Positions 42,001 through 56,935 of a stretch of 64,000 nucleotides of DNA are shown piece by piece. How positions within the stretch are numbered: the first letter of the stretch is position 1; each line of letters opens with the position of its first letter. The position numbers and the translations under genes were made by a program. The stretch is from assembly GCA_030141605.1 (NCBI GenBank), contig JAQGDQ010000277.1, positions 1 through 64,000 of the forward strand, in the 5' to 3' direction. The notes below the pieces were generated by a model. That model was not told the DNA's origin, did no database searches, and worked only from the letters and a program-made list of their open reading frames with translations. This DNA comes from Tubiluchus corallicola (taxonomy: Eukaryota > Animalia > Priapulida).

Positions 42001-43595
42001 CTGTAGATTGATAACAATATGTACCGATCCGAAGGTGTCAATTAATACAGTAATGTCCTCATTGAAAAATATTGTTTATATTAGCTCCAGAGTAAAATGT
42101 GCTAATAATGTAGTACAATAACAACAATAATGCAAACACCAGTTTCACTCTTCACATGATGGGAAATGTATAGAAATACTCTGGTAGCTAGTGAAACTCA
42201 ACGTAATGTAATGTAATACTACATTACTGTAAGTTATTGCCATAACGATAGTTACAGAGACGCTCAAAACTATTATTAATTGAAGTAAAGATGAGTAAAC
42301 CACGGAAGCAATTTTCCTGGTGGTCGCCGATCTATTTCCTAACCATGTTCACGTTAACTTTGATTGTTGATCATAGTTACTCGGTAGCTAGTTACACAGC
42401 TACCTGACGCTTCGCAAAATTCATCAATAACTATTCTGTGTGCTCTGGAAAATACTGTCCCAGCGCTTATGACCAAGACATTACTTTTATGAAATATTAA
42501 TCCGATTAGCCTCAGTACCAATATAACACTCTCATTTGAAAGGAATCCATGGAATAAACGCCTATACATGATTAACGTCTATATGTTTTGGTTTGTTTAC
42601 AATGATGATAAAAATAACGCGCGTAATGTGACAGTCGGTCAAGGGCGGCTTGTTGAAAAAATAAATAAATATGTAGCTTACATAAATTGCTGGAGGATGA
42701 GATAAAGATGCAATGAAGATGAAGATATAGAGAGCCTGCGTGGAGATTTAGGAATTTGGTAAGTCACTGAAATAGGGTGGAGGAAATTTATAACAAGCTA
42801 TTGCCAATTAACACTAAGCAACGAAAGATGTTAAATGTGCTAAGCTTTTTTATATTCAAGATCGACATATTTTTGCGGAGAACCTTGTTTAAATAATTAA
42901 ACATTGACTGCTGCACGTGTCGCGGTTTACCGTGTTCGTCTCTAACACAGACATATACATAATCTTTATTTAAAGTCGGGCGTACAACGGAAGAATATTA
43001 GCCAAATAGGCAATTCATACCGACTAAATACAAAACTAAAGACACTAATGAAATTCCAACATCTATTAAATGAACCTGACATTGAGGGAGCACAGAAACG
43101 TCATGAATTATGCAGCATTACCACAGACGGCAAAACCGCTGTAATGAAGGCAAGTCATCAGGTACCGGTACACTTCTTGTATAAAATAATTGCATGCTCT
43201 TGCACAGCCACTTACCCTGGAGACGGTTAGCCTAATCTTAGAGGATGAGAATACATGCACGGTGATATGTAGAGCTTAATTAATCTAGGACGATGAAAGT
43301 GAAACCGGGGCATAACGATTAACAATGTAGCTCTTGCGACAGAATGTCTAATAGGAGTTTCCTGGAGGGCCTTTTATCAAAGGAAGCTTCAATTAACTGA
43401 AAAAAGTGACGCAAAGAACGCACTCCAGAACAAAGGAAAAAGGCTTTCACATTTAATACTAGTCGCACACGGCAAAAATCCGTATGCAGCAAACTGTGCG
43501 ACGTAAACAGTTTCACGAAAAATTATCCGCACACAGGGTAAGCACAGTAAACGTTTTGTAGATGACACGTGACAAAACGATATTGTTCAGATCTG

Positions 43596-43780
43596 TGGTC
43601 GAATTCGCAAAGCTTCTTACGAACTGTTTTATTTGTAAGACCGTTCGCAAAAACACTTGTAGGTTATGATATTATTCACAAATGTTTCGTAACCTAAGAA
43701 GGTTGTTAAATGCGATCGTAACTTTTCAAAACAAAAAAATTCTTACGAAAGTTCTTACGAACGTGTTTGTGAATCCGGCT
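43596..43780. mobile_element. MITE-like element with CTTACGAA subrepeats
   Basis: Imperfect TIRs GGTCGAATTCGCAAA ... TTTGTGAATCCGGC and repeated TTCTTACGAA. Confidence 0.5.
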
Positions 43781-44340
43781 TCCGGTTTTGCATGATGCGA
43801 ATTGTTGCAGAGAGCACGCATACGAGAACAGAATGAGACACAAAATAAGCATGTTGAACAAAAACCTATGTACGGTAATGTTGGTGAAACAAACAATCTA
43901 ACGCGCGCACGAGCAAAAATATGACTCATACAATTGCGTCAGCAAAATAATGAAATGATGTGAAAGTATAAATGTATAAGTAACGAAAACAAACCTAAAT
44001 CTGTATTTTACACGCAACAGTATGTTGGCCGTTGATTAAAAAACAGGGATGATGTGCGGAAAATTCGACTGGTAGCCGATTGTGATTTGCACAGTATTAA
44101 AAACCGCCCACAAGGCTGTTTACTAATGTCTCTCTTCCAGATTTTAGTGTTATCTAAATCGTATTAGTACTAAGATTTTGCAGGTCAATAAATACGAATT
44201 TTCTTTTACTGGCATAAACGTGAATCGAATTTGATAACTTTGTAAACCGTATTGAAACGGGATTACTGAATTTGGCTTATAAAAATTGCATTACATTTTA
44301 TAGCATTACGTTAATTTCGGGAACTGAAAAAATGTTGCAT

Positions 44341-44667
44341 TGACACGATTCTAGTATTGAAACTGAAGACACGAAGTGGCAAAAGTCTTTGTTAGTCGCA
44401 GTAGAGCAAATATAACAACATGGAAACTATGGCTTTTAAAACATACAACACTTCAACAAATGGCAAGTTTTTTACTGTATTTACAAGAATATTGAGATTA
44501 CTTATAGTAGATGTGTTAGTGACACGATTCTAGTATTGAAACTGAAGACACTAAGTGGCAAAAGTCTTTGGTAGTCGCAGTAGAGCAAATATAACAACAT
44601 GGAAACTATGGCTTTTAAATCATACAACACTTCAACAAATGGCAAGTTTTTTACTGTATTTACAAGA
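44341..44667. repeat. Recent 148-bp direct duplication
   Basis: 44341-44488 and 44520-44667 differ at about 3 positions. Confidence 0.92.
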
Positions 44668-45145
44668 CTTAGTCTCACTTCAATCATTATGGTTGACAGA
44701 GATGTTTGGACTATACTGACAAGCATAATTTGCTAAGTAGACATTCAAATCTGATGAACTCAGCATCTAGCTACTCTTTCAAGTGCAAACTCTTATAGAA
44801 ATGCACACAGCTACGCACAAATTTTTCTCGTACTTTTACAAAAAGAAGCATACACGTTCAGGCATTTTTTGATCCGTACAGATCCTCACAGACAGTCACA
44901 GATCCTTATACGTTTAGACACAGACGTTCACAGACTTGCACAGATTGGAGGAAACTCTTGCGAAATCTCACAGACTTTGCAAATGTTTTTATAGATCCGT
45001 AACGAATCCTCACAAGTTTCACCGATTATACAAGCGAAGTACTAATGTTGGTTGATGAGATCCTCAGAGGTAGATGCATAGAGTTTAAAGTTGTAAATTC
45101 AAATTCGTAATTATGCATATTTCCCAAACAGTCACTTCACATCAT

Positions 45146-45206
45146 TTCACTTCACTTCACTTCACTTCACTTCACTTCACTTTACTTTACTTCACTTTAC
45201 TTTACT
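45146..45206. repeat. (CACTT/TACTT)n pentanucleotide repeat
   Basis: Directly visible. Confidence 0.9.
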
Positions 45207-45268
45207 AAACTTTACTCAGTAATTAAGATTTTCTGAGTCTATATTTGAATGTTATTTTGACTCTAATT

Positions 45269-45450
45269 GCGCGTTCAGACTAGCGAGTTTTTTCGCCAAG
45301 TTAACTCGCTAAGTAACTCGTAAGCGTGTTCAATTAGTGTCAGAGAGTTTGCAATTTCTTGCCGTTAGTAACTCGCAAAGTAGTTCACACTTGCGAGTTT
45401 GCTGTCAGAGAGAAAATTCGCGACAGAATACTCGCAAGTCTAGATGCACC
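45269..45450. mobile_element. Palindromic MITE (PIF/Harbinger-like)
   Basis: Ends GCGCGTTCAGACTAGCGAGT ... ACTCGCAAGTCTAGATGCAC. Shares its terminus with 54459-54682. Confidence 0.6.
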
Positions 45451-47777
45451 GTAAAGATGATGTGTAAAACCGTGCGTGGCTAAATAATATAGAAAGAGAG
45501 TAGTATATAGGTCTAAGTGTAACTTAGTGACAATGTGTAACAAGAGCTTTATACAGCAGTATATTGAATGTCCCCACACGGGAGCGTTGCCAGTTAAACG
45601 GTTAAAATCGTTGCAGTAGACTTACGAAGCCAAGTTTGGTTTAATGCTACTAAAATTTTTCACGAATCGCGGACTCGTTAACCAACTTATCATTTGCATG
45701 CTGTTCTAACTGCTATTAATTTTTGATAAATTTTTAAAAATAACGAGGGATTTTCGAAGCACTCAATATTTCTTGTAGTCGTGAATTGTATAATGAGTGG
45801 TATTAAAAACTAGAGGCTGCTTTAATGAGAAACTAGTCAGTAAGCAGCTTCAACAGAGTAATTCACATTGAGAATATCTCATTATTGAACTTGGGCTATC
45901 AGAGCTTCCTACCATAAGTACAGGCCGCAATGCTCGTTCAGAAGTGATTAGGCTATTTCATCCGCTGGTAGCTTAATTAGACTGTTTTAGTCAAGAATGA
46001 CCATTGGTAATGGTCGTGCGACCTTGCGGTTTGCGGTTTTGTATAAATTCAAGTTTACTGTATCTTATTTGGGCATAAAAGGCCAAAATTCGAAAAAGAT
46101 TGACAACTTTGGGCAAGTCGTATTTTTCTTTAATCGACTGGTGTACTTCTAGTAGAGGGACCAGTGGGGTGAGGGAATACATCTTGAATAAGAAGTTTGG
46201 TATCGCAGTCATGAGAACCAAAATCAAGCTGAGTATATTTTTGATATATAGGCCTATCAGTGATTTGTTCTTATTAAAAAGGAAACATTAAGTTTGCATT
46301 TTTTAATAAGAGCTTATTACATCTCAAGTAAACAAAATATTCATGCTCGAGGTAACGCATGGGGGTGGATCAAACAAAAATGAAAAAAAACAGAGAAGGA
46401 AAACTTTTAGGAAACAGCTGTGGGCTCGAAAACTAAAACAAGAAAGGTGTTACTATGACAATATGGATATGGGTAAGCAGCAAAACATGAGAAACAAAAA
46501 AAGTCCGTTTTCATAAAAGAGCAAAGTAAACACATTCTTGTAATATCTTTCAATATTTCTCTGCAGTGTACTATCAAAAATAATTTCACTTCATTTCGAT
46601 ATTATTTCCGTCAGCGTTGCACAAGATTTTCTTAACCTTGGAATGGTTGCACTGAACAGTTTTACTGCGCTCAAGAATGATGGAAGTTTGTGGAAACAAT
46701 TCAAAAGCAGACTTCAGTCATATAAATATACTGTCTTAAAGTACAAACATGTAATTCACTGAATTCACGTAACCCAGTTTTTTGCTGGAATGTCCACAAG
46801 TCCGCAAAAGCACGTGGAAAACATATGGGAAGCGAGATTACACTGCTTTAACGTTAGGTTTTTGTACAAGTTATTAAGAGATTTATCACCAATGAATCTC
46901 AATCTAATTAGAAAAAAAGCAAGACGGCCAGTCACATTATAGTTAGACTACGTAATAAATTAGCACCATCGAGGCAACAATTACTGTATTCATAATTCTA
47001 ATACGTTTACCAGTGGCCGTTGTGGTTGTGATATTTAGTATCTAGAGTAACGAAATTTGCAGATTAAAAATTTGTGACACGGAATCAGATAACGGTCTGG
47101 ATAAAATGTCTGGATTGTTTAATGGTCCGAGATAAGAAAAAAGTGCAAAAATTAGGGCAAACTGCTTAATCACATAGATAAACCGCGCACTAGACTAAGC
47201 ATAGTCAAGTGAATCACGTCCCCTGCACAGTGCACACTGATCAATCACACATAATCGTAATAACCTTTATGTTATTACGATTTTACCATGAGTAAACCAC
47301 ACTGAAACAAGCATAGTCAAGTGATAAGCACTGTCATGCTCGCGGATTTGGATCTGAATTCATTCAGTCTTGTTGTCGACTGAATGAATTCATCGTAGAT
47401 ATAGTTTGCTTTACAGGCAAAACGTTTTGAAAATGGTGTTTTTTAAAATTACTTGTGTCAAGGCGTCAGTACTAAAAGAGTGTCAGTTGATATATGCTTA
47501 GGGAATTTTAATAATAAAACTGAAACATCGACACGGCCACGAAAAACATCATAAAAACTTTTTTAGCTTTTGCGATTGACTTCAATACACGTATAACTGA
47601 CTAATTAAATACAGGATATTAAAGACAAGATAATGTATATGTGTCTACATATTTAATAAAAATTTGTGTGTGCTAGCCTTGTAATCACTGAATCTCTCAA
47701 ATAACATATCTTTGGTGTTTTTTATTATTAAACAGATAGGAACACAATAATTATCTGCTAATTAAATAAATTAACTA

Positions 47778-47965
<188 letters not shown>

Positions 47966-47984
47966 TTATTTTCTTTTTTGTTGC

Positions 47985-48070
47985 TTTTTCCGTGTGACCT
48001 TTTCCTGTGACTTTTTTCCTGTGATTCTTTTCTGTGACTTTTTTACCTGTGGCTTTATTACCTGGCTTCC
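47985..48070. mobile_element. Single arm of a foldback MITE (TTTCCTGTGAC units)
   Basis: ~15-bp periodic TTTTCCTGTGAC units ending TTACCTGGCTTCC; same architecture as the right arm of 1373-1625. Confidence 0.45.
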
Positions 48071-51000
48071 TTTAACCAGCACTACTCAGCAAATCAGCGT
48101 GTTTCTACTGCGGTGTTTATTAGAGCACCCTGTATACGTTTTGCTTATTTGTTTCGCTAGTAATGCTATCATTGGTTGATTCATGACATACGAATCAAAA
48201 TTACATGAAACATGGCTTACATTATCCATTTGTACTACGGTACAGTGAAGCGATTCATATTCTGGTTAGCAGTTGAACATGTGTAGCTGGGCTCTTGTCT
48301 GGTAACTGCAGTATGTAATAAAGCTTGCGATGTTTTGCGCGGGGCTCTTATTTTAGTTTGCATTTTTGTGTCTTAAAACATTAAAAGTGCAATAAAATTA
48401 ACACTAAGCCAGAAATAAAATTAAATCATTACAGTACCCTGTTTTCAACAAACTGTTTGGTACAAAAACATCCCAATGTAACATTTGAATGCTATACTGA
48501 TTATACTAAAATTAGTATTTAAAGGCTAACATTTGTTAAGTCAGCATGTAAGTCAAGATTAATAATTTAATTTAGTTTATGCGTTAATAATTAGGTTAGA
48601 GTGGCTGATAATAGCTTTTCATTTTCTCTGGCAGTTGATAACGACAGGAGAGCCACAACCGGAACGTTGTTGTAAATCATTACTGGAAATAAAAACAAAT
48701 AAAGTTTCATATCATGTCACTGATTTTGCTGTTTATTCCGAGAGTTAGGTAATTTACTTACCCTGCTTTGGCATAATATCCGGCTGAAATTCTCACGTTA
48801 ATATTTACGTACAGTTCAAAAACTCACAAAAATTGGTAATATTCACGAAAATATTAAATAAAAAATATTCAGGTATCCACTTGTACCATCCCTTTTGTAG
48901 CATTTATAGTTCTTTCCTCGAGATATTATAAAAGAAAAAACAGCTAATTTTCAAGCACTACACCAGCAGTCATTACACACGTGAGCAAATGCTTGTGATA
49001 AACTCACAACTATTATCCAAGCGGCTGTTGTAGATTTCAGTAACAACACGGAGCTTCATACTTTTACTCCCCCACACTCTTGTTTTACGGCCCGTGTACT
49101 AGTGAAACCACTGCGAGCCAGCTTGCTCAACTTCAGAGAAAGCCATAATTTTTGCACGCATGTCAAAACTCGGAGAAGCCAAACCGGTATGTTGGGACTA
49201 GTTGTTTGCCGAGCAAGAGGAGGATAATTGAAACTTAATGGCAGCACGCTCTTACAATGTGTAAATACTTGTTTTAAACCATCTTGTTTAGACAGCAGTG
49301 CTCAACGAGTTAAAACTTGTGGGGTCGAACTGTCCATTATGATTTTGATCCGAATAATTAAAGGAAAACCGGACCCAATCTTAAACTACAGCTCAAAACA
49401 ATCTACCCTATAAAATAATGAAGAGAACATACCGTTTTTTCAAGAATGATTTACGCAAAAGAATTATTACCACAGAATGGTAATCTCGCGTACAGTTGTG
49501 ATGTCATCACTAGTTGGGCTCGACTGCCATTAGTTAAGTTTTTAACCTATTATTTAATTATCAGAAACGTCTTGGCATTATTACAGATGTTAAAATGTAT
49601 GTTACAGATGTTACCCTATTTCAGAATTGGGCAGGATATGAAAATGAAACGACATTCTGTTTTCCTTTAAGGTGATTTGAAAGTTCTGTTTTATCGTTGA
49701 AGACTTTATGTATGCATTATGTAAACAAATAAATGTCGTGTATTCACCCAGCCTAGCCGGAAAAAAGCTGATATGTATGAAGAACGAAACAAGTAAACAA
49801 AGAGCAAATCCATGAATGCTGAGAGAGTGAATCAGTGAGTTTGAAAAACAGATGGACAAATTAAGATAGGGAGAAACAAAGAGATATAGATTCACTGACT
49901 CATCGTCAGACAGTGAGACGCACGATATGACATTGAAAACGCCGACGAACGAACAAAAAATCGGTGGATGAGTGTTGGTAATCGAATGAATAAGCAAAGG
50001 AATGAACCAATGAACGAATGAATGAATTAGTGAACAGAGAAATGAATAACCGAAAAAAGAAAAAACGAGTAATTGAATAAGTGAATAAGAAAATACTGAA
50101 AACACAAATAAGTGAATGAATGAGTGAACAAACGAATGAATAAATAAATGAATGAATGAAGTATTATTATTATAAAGATTATCATTATATAAAATCTTTA
50201 AAATCTTAGAAATTAATATCTTTAAAATCTATAAAATAATATGATATTACGCAAAAATAGCAATTTTTTAACTGTATTGGATGTTAATTACAAAGTAGCT
50301 AACTTCAGAAATGATCTTCATCTTCCACAACTTTCCATTATAAAATCATTTTTGATTAATTGCGCAAAATTTTCATATAAGTTATCGTTGTTTTGCAGAG
50401 TTATACCCATTAGGTTTCTATTGCCGAGTAGATTGATGAATGCTTTCTTTTTTCATTGTCAAGTAATTGGCGTCGGGAAAGTAGATGATCTGGTGTTTGT
50501 TCTTCCATTCCACAGATGAATGAAGGAGTAAACGAATGCATAGACAAACGAATAAGTGAAAAAAGTGAGCAAATGAGTGATTAGCTGATAGAACGAATGA
50601 ATGAAAGAAAACAAAAAAGTTAACGAATGAAGAAGTGAATGAGTGAATGAGCTAACGAATAATTGAAAAAACAACATTAAGAAGGTTATTACAGTTATAC
50701 ACACAGTATAAATGAAATTTGGTAGCACATGTTATTTTTTAATTCACTTCATTTACTTTTCTCTATCTTCTGCATCATTTGTACGTAAATCACGCGTATG
50801 TGTTCACCATTTTCACATAGCCTGAGGTGAAAACCAATACTAAATTGAAGTCAAATATTTTTCTTCTGAATATAGAACTTTTAATCGCCTTTCAAGAAAC
50901 TATAGGCAACAACCTGCCGAATGTGGATGCCATATAATGCACAATATATTTGGCATTAAGTTGCGACATTATAATTTTTCTGATCATCTATTTGCACTGC

Positions 51001-52149
51001 CTTTTCTTATTGGACTCCTGAAATATGTACGATAAACTCTCTTTTTGTGGAGCAGCCCCCTGAAACTGTTCGTTCAGCTAGTTTTAGTTGATTCATTAAA
51101 TCATTTTGCGGATTTTCTGTGGTCAAAGTTGCTTGGGGCAGGTTTACAAAATGGGCGTTGCGTTTACGTTAGAGAAATTAGTCAAATTACTTGCCATCAC
51201 CAAACAGCAGTTTTTTCTCACGTGCTTTTTTAACAGCAACAGCAAAGTTGGCAACAACTTCCAACACAAATCACTACCTCTTATGTCCCAGCATTAATAG
51301 CAACGGTGATACCAACAACAAGTCTCACCATGACAACCATAACAAGAGTGACAATGACAATTTTTTATAAATAACTACTGCAACAGTGACAGCAGTCTAA
51401 ACCACAGAAACAATAAGGTGTCAGCAATTCATATTGTATGAAGTTAAGCCGCACCAGGCGTGGATACTAAATGGATAAGTGTAGCCGAAAAACTGCTTTT
51501 GAGCAAAACCATTTGTCATATTACTTCCATCTATCTCTGTTATTGAAGGATGGCAATACACATCTGAATGTGCTAAAACACATCTGTCAGTTTACTGTCT
51601 TTGGTGTCGAGCTAGGTTCCGGTTTATGGGTTCAACATTGGTATACAATTGGTGCTACAATTGCTACAACTACACCGCCGCAATTACTGCTGTTATAGTT
51701 TTAAATTCAAGTATAGCTACAATTGCGATTGCCATGGGTGAGAGCAATATTTTATCCAGTTCAGAGTAGAAACGGAAGATGAGTTCAGTTTCATAACGAT
51801 TTATTTTATTCAATAAGGTTTACGTTTCTCGCTGCACTCGTTACTTTGCATCACAATACAGTTCTTCATTTTTTTTGTTGTGACAAGCCTCTAAACCTTT
51901 TGTGTGATCTGTAATTGCGTTAATGCTGTCTCTGAGACTTAATTGCATTTCGCAAAGGCCATGCTTGCACATTAATATTCATGAATATGCGAAACTCTTG
52001 GGACCAACATAATCCTACAGAGCGAAATGAAAATCAAACAAAAAATGGAAATTTATACGAGGGTGGATGCTTTAGAAAAAGAAGAGGGTGGGTACGAAAG
52101 AATGCAGGCAGTAAGGGTGTGCGATAAAGCCTTAAAATGGGTTGAAAAA

Positions 52150-52985
52150 GCGAAAGAGTAGAAATAAGAGAGAATGAGAGAGTGAGAGGTAGAGAAAGAG
52201 AGCGAGAGAGAAATGAGAGATAGAGAGAGGAGAGAGAGAAAAAGGAAGAGAGAGAGAGGGGGAGATATAAGAGAGGAGAGAGAGGAGTGAAAGAATATGA
52301 GAGAGAAGAGAGAGGAGAGAGAAAGAGAGAGAGAGTGAGGAGAGAAAGAGAGGGATATAGAGAGAGTGAGTGAGAGACCAGAGTGAAACGCGGTGGAACT
52401 GGAAGGGGAAAGTTGTGGGATACGAAAAGGAACGTAAAATAAAGGAAAACTATAAGTTTTGTATCCCATCATTTTATATTGAAATAAGTTTCACTAATTA
52501 TTACAAACTCTCACACATTTCCAGCCGACACTGGCCATGCATTATCTATTACGTGCACTGTTTGCCATTTCATCAGTTTAGTCATTAATTACCAAGAGAA
52601 GTTTTGAATTGCATATCTAATGTGTGCAGCATTTCTGCTGTTATTGCAATTTTTGCTGTTGCTGCTGCCTGGCCGTTATTGCTGTCGCTATTGTTATTGC
52701 GCTTGTACTTGTTGCTATTGTTTTTGCTGTTGAATTGTCGTATCTGTTGTTGCTACTGTTGTTATTGTCTTTGCTGTTGCATTGTCATAGTTGTTGTTGC
52801 TATCATTATTGTTTTTGTTGTTGCATTATCGTAGTTGATGCTGGTGCTGCTATCATCTTTATTGTTATAGTTGCTGTGGTTGTTACTATTCTTGCTATTG
52901 CTGTTGCCTTTGAAATAAATGAAAAGTTAGAATGTCGTTCACGTTAAATAAAGTTTTAATAATAACAGTAATATTGTTATTATTA

Positions 52986-53037
<52 letters not shown>

Positions 53038-53053
53038 TAATAATAATAATAAT

Positions 53054-53086
<33 letters not shown>

Positions 53087-53140
53087 AATAATAATAATAA
53101 CAATAATAATTGCTGCTGCTGTTGTTGTTGTTACTTTTAT
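52150..53140. repeat. Low-complexity block: GA-rich tract, degenerate (TGT)n, (AAT)n(AAC)n(AAT)n
   Basis: Directly visible; explains the poly-I/T/V/C ORFs. Confidence 0.9.
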
Positions 53141-54458
53141 TTCCATTATAACGAACTAATCAACAGTAACTATAGTAACTTTATGTGCTGTTGTACTGTG
53201 TTTCATACTATGCAGTGTGCAGCGTGTTTCACCGCTGTACGAATCATATGTACCTTACTGACTTCGTAGAAAAAACTGCCAACAAGCCGCTTTTTACAAC
53301 ATATGAAAATAACCAATTACGATTCATTCAGTATTTACAATTCATTGTAAAACGTTGGTGTTCTTGTTCGTATGTGTAGTAGGTTTCTAATACCAAGTAG
53401 AGGCTAATATAACACGGAGTTTTCAAAATTCCTTTCGTACAGTGTCTCTAAGCCTTGCAAGTTCGACAGAAGCTTGGAAGTATCATGACAGTCATAAAGC
53501 GTCAGAAAGAAAAAGATGTTTTTCAGTAGTTCTTGGTACCTCATATATGAAACAATTACGGCAAATGATCTTACTGTATAAAGCAGGTAAAAATCGGAAT
53601 CGTTTAAGCAGGAATCGTTAAATGATTTACTGGGTTATCAATTCCGCTGTTTTCGTACAGCGGTAAAAGAGGTGCAGGTTTTGGCCTCGTGTTCAAAACT
53701 GTACGGCGTGCTTCTGCACTAGTTGAAAATTTGTCTACTAGGATTTTGAGTAGCAAGTCTGATTTTGGCTCAGTGGTCAATAATCAAAGTCATAAAATTT
53801 AAATATTTAATACCCGAGCGTCAAGGCTTGCAACAATAGATACAGACTAAAACGCACCAGAAATGGCCGACGGCCACCAAATGAATGACGACCGTACAAT
53901 TTGAAATGAGTTAATTAAACGAATCTAATTAATTAACGAAATTCTACATTTCTTTTGGATTTGAACCAATGATATTCTAGCTAGTCGTCTTACCAAGTTT
54001 CGACTCAATTGAGTCATTGGAACATGCAATTTAAATGAATTTAAAATTAACTAGTTAATTTAACAGCTTAATTAATTAACAAATTAAGGAATTGTGACAA
54101 ATTTTTTGCCTTGAATCAAGGACGTCTTGTATAACCAGCACTGTAAATTTCAACTCGATAGATACTTTTGGAGTTAAAAGTTGAAAAAAGTATGAGGGAC
54201 AGAATGAATATGTGACTGAATAAACGATCTGATTGGGAAACGCATGATCGAGTTTAGAGAAAACAGGATTTGTGAAATCTTCCTGGTTACGTGATTTTCC
54301 CGTGATACTGCGTGGAACGTTCGCACCTTACTGACTGCAAAGTCACAACGAATGTCACGCCATAATTTTCAAAAATACGTCACAGGGCTTTCTGCCATGG
54401 ACAGTTTGAGTCTTTGGTCTGATCTGTTTGGTTTGCTTTTCAAGTGACTTCCATGTTA

Positions 54459-54682
54459 GGACGCTTTCAGACGTACAGACTTCACTCACAACTTATTGCG
54501 CAACTTCTCTCTGAGAGTAAAGTCGTACACGTAAACGGCTTGGCAACTTCTCTCGCAAGTTAACTTTCAGCAACACTCGCTGAGTTTGCAATAAGTTGCG
54601 AGAGAAGTTGCCAAGCCGTTCACACATGCGACTTTTCTCTCAGAGAGAAGTTGCGAGAGAAGTCTCTATGTCTGAACGCGCC
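54459..54682. mobile_element. Long palindromic MITE (PIF/Harbinger-like)
   Basis: Arms pair: GCAACTTCTCTCTGAGAG with CTCTCAGAGAGAAGTTGC, and AACGGCTTGGCAACTTCTCTCGCAA with TTGCGAGAGAAGTTGCCAAGCCGTT. Termini GGACGCTTTCAGAC ... GTCTGAACGCGCC, with TTA-like flanks. Confidence 0.8.
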
Positions 54683-56825
54683 ATTATTAGTAGATCATTG
54701 GTTTGTTTGTATTTTTTATGTAACATACGTACTCCGCCCGTAAAAATCACCTCCTGAGAATTTTCCCAACCTGTTAGTTAGACTAGCATTGATTTTAGGA
54801 TTCAGAAATTTCTATTAATTTTAATCTTCTTTATATGCAGGAAATTAGACAGGCACGCAAAGCCCCTGTTAAACGATTAACAAGGATAGCACGTGGCTTG
54901 TCTGTAATACCCAAGATACAGTATTGCACACGTTTCAAATAATGGGAATAAAAATAAGATGAGCAAAAAGAAGAATTTGCTGAAGAGTGTGGCATGAAAA
55001 ACCCACTTTAGATTGTTTAGCTGCTCACTTTTGAATTTTACTTTAATCTTCTAGAAACAGTAACATAAAGTACCTTATAACTGCTTCTTTACTCTGAGCT
55101 GTATCCCAGATCTTTTAGCTTAGAAAAGCAAGAATAACTTATTGTTCATCTTTATGGAACTTCTTGGATGGAATGGGATGGATTCCTAGTTCGAATCCTA
55201 GCTGTATCCCAACTTTTTCACTTTTCCTGTCTTTCAAGTTTGGCATTAAAAATTAATTAATTGTGGGTTTGTAACATCAACTTAGATATCAGAAAATTTT
55301 TGTTTGAAGCGTCCAACGTATTTCACCATATTACCTGAAATTAAAATTAGTCAAGATATAATTGTATATTCAGCATATTTACATGAAGAATTGCACTGTG
55401 AATTCATGAAACTACCCAGGCTTACCATTATTATAATATCTTTGTTAAAAAACTACTGTAAACTTATTTACCTAGGCAATGCACAGTATGTCCTTATTCA
55501 AATTTATAGTAAATTGTTCACCCTAGTTCAAAAATGAAAAGTCGTATTTAACCATTGTCAAATACAGGTGGATAGGCAATGGTAAACCTAGCTTTACTTT
55601 CATTAGTTCACAATGTAGAAATGATGTGTAACCAATTATATATTGATTAATTTTAGGCCCCTAATGAAAACATTAGTATGCTGATTTAAGCAAACTAATT
55701 TATTATTCTCTATTATTGTCTCTTGTCGATGTATCAATGGGAAAGGGAAAAGAAAATATTATACAGTATTAGAAATAGCTCATAGTGTTCATGGCTCTGA
55801 ATAGAGGGCTCTCCATGTTTCACTGATTTAGTATGGCTGGGTGTTGGCTGTGAGTACCAGAAAATTGACAGTCGTTTTCCTTCATTGATATCTCGTACAC
55901 TTCGTCTCGACCCTGTAAAGGAGTAGACCATGTCGTGGTGCATCAGTAACTGTTGCTGTCTAACGATTCTACTGACTTCAATCATTGATGAAACTTAACG
56001 GATGGAATTCCATCCAGTCGAGTGGTACGCGTAACGGGAGGTGAACATTACAATGTTTTACAAGCAGAAAATTGGTAAACGCTAATATCAGCCTCATATA
56101 AATTTATAAATTCTGTAATAGCCACCTGTTCTTTATGACTTAATGTTCAGGATTTGAAGCCACGCTATTGAGGCGCATCTATTAAGAGGGTGCCAATGTA
56201 TACAAGGTATGGCAATAAAAAACAAATTGTCGTTGTTTTGCAGTAGTATACTAGTAGAGCAGTTTAAGTTTTTTTAGTGATAGTACATCCAGTCTAGTGA
56301 CGTATCATTAATTTTTTATGTTTTCAGCAAGCGTATGTCACGAATACTGTGATATAGCCGAGTCTGCAGGTTGTGTTGGGCAATTGGGTACGTCTCTGTA
56401 AACAGTTTCTGGAAATTAAGGCGTGTTGATAAAAACTAAAATATTTTAAGTAATTTAAATGTAGGCGTTTTTATAACGTCACTAATGTAGGCGGAAAAGC
56501 TGCAAAGTGTAAACACAAGAAAATAACAGTGTGGCTAGTTTAAAAATTCTAAATAAAATAAAATATGGTTTAAATAGTCAAATTCCTTACATCATCAGTG
56601 TTCAATAAATTAATAACTAACTTTACACATTGATAATTTTGATTAATTTTGATGCAGATACCCTTTTTAATTTTTTTCACTTGACAATGGCAGAAGTTGC
56701 CGAAACGTTGTGATTGCGGAAATAAATGCATCCCGAGGTGGTACAAAACAATTAACGTGATGGTAGCAATGCATTACATATAATCGTAAGTATCAAGATA
56801 ATTATTAATCTTTAATATTGCTGTG

Positions 56826-56935
56826 AACACAGTGGCCTAACAATTATGGCGTGTGCCTTGCAACCAAGTCCTTGGTTCAAATCCGGGATTCAAATCCAAT
56901 TTTTTCAGATTTTGGTTTCAAAATTAGCTAGTTTC
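56826..56935 (+). mobile_element. Second copy of the tRNA-derived repeat family seen at 8121-8352
   Basis: ACACAGTGGCCTAACAATTATGGCGT...GGTTCAAATCC...TTTTTTCAGATTTTGGTTTCAAAATT aligns by eye with the minus strand of 8145-8260. Confidence 0.55.

Noticed and set aside
55734-56040. GC-richer segment with an 83-aa ORF as an extra exon
   Set aside because: No recognisable domain and no convincing phase-compatible splice pair; left unassigned.
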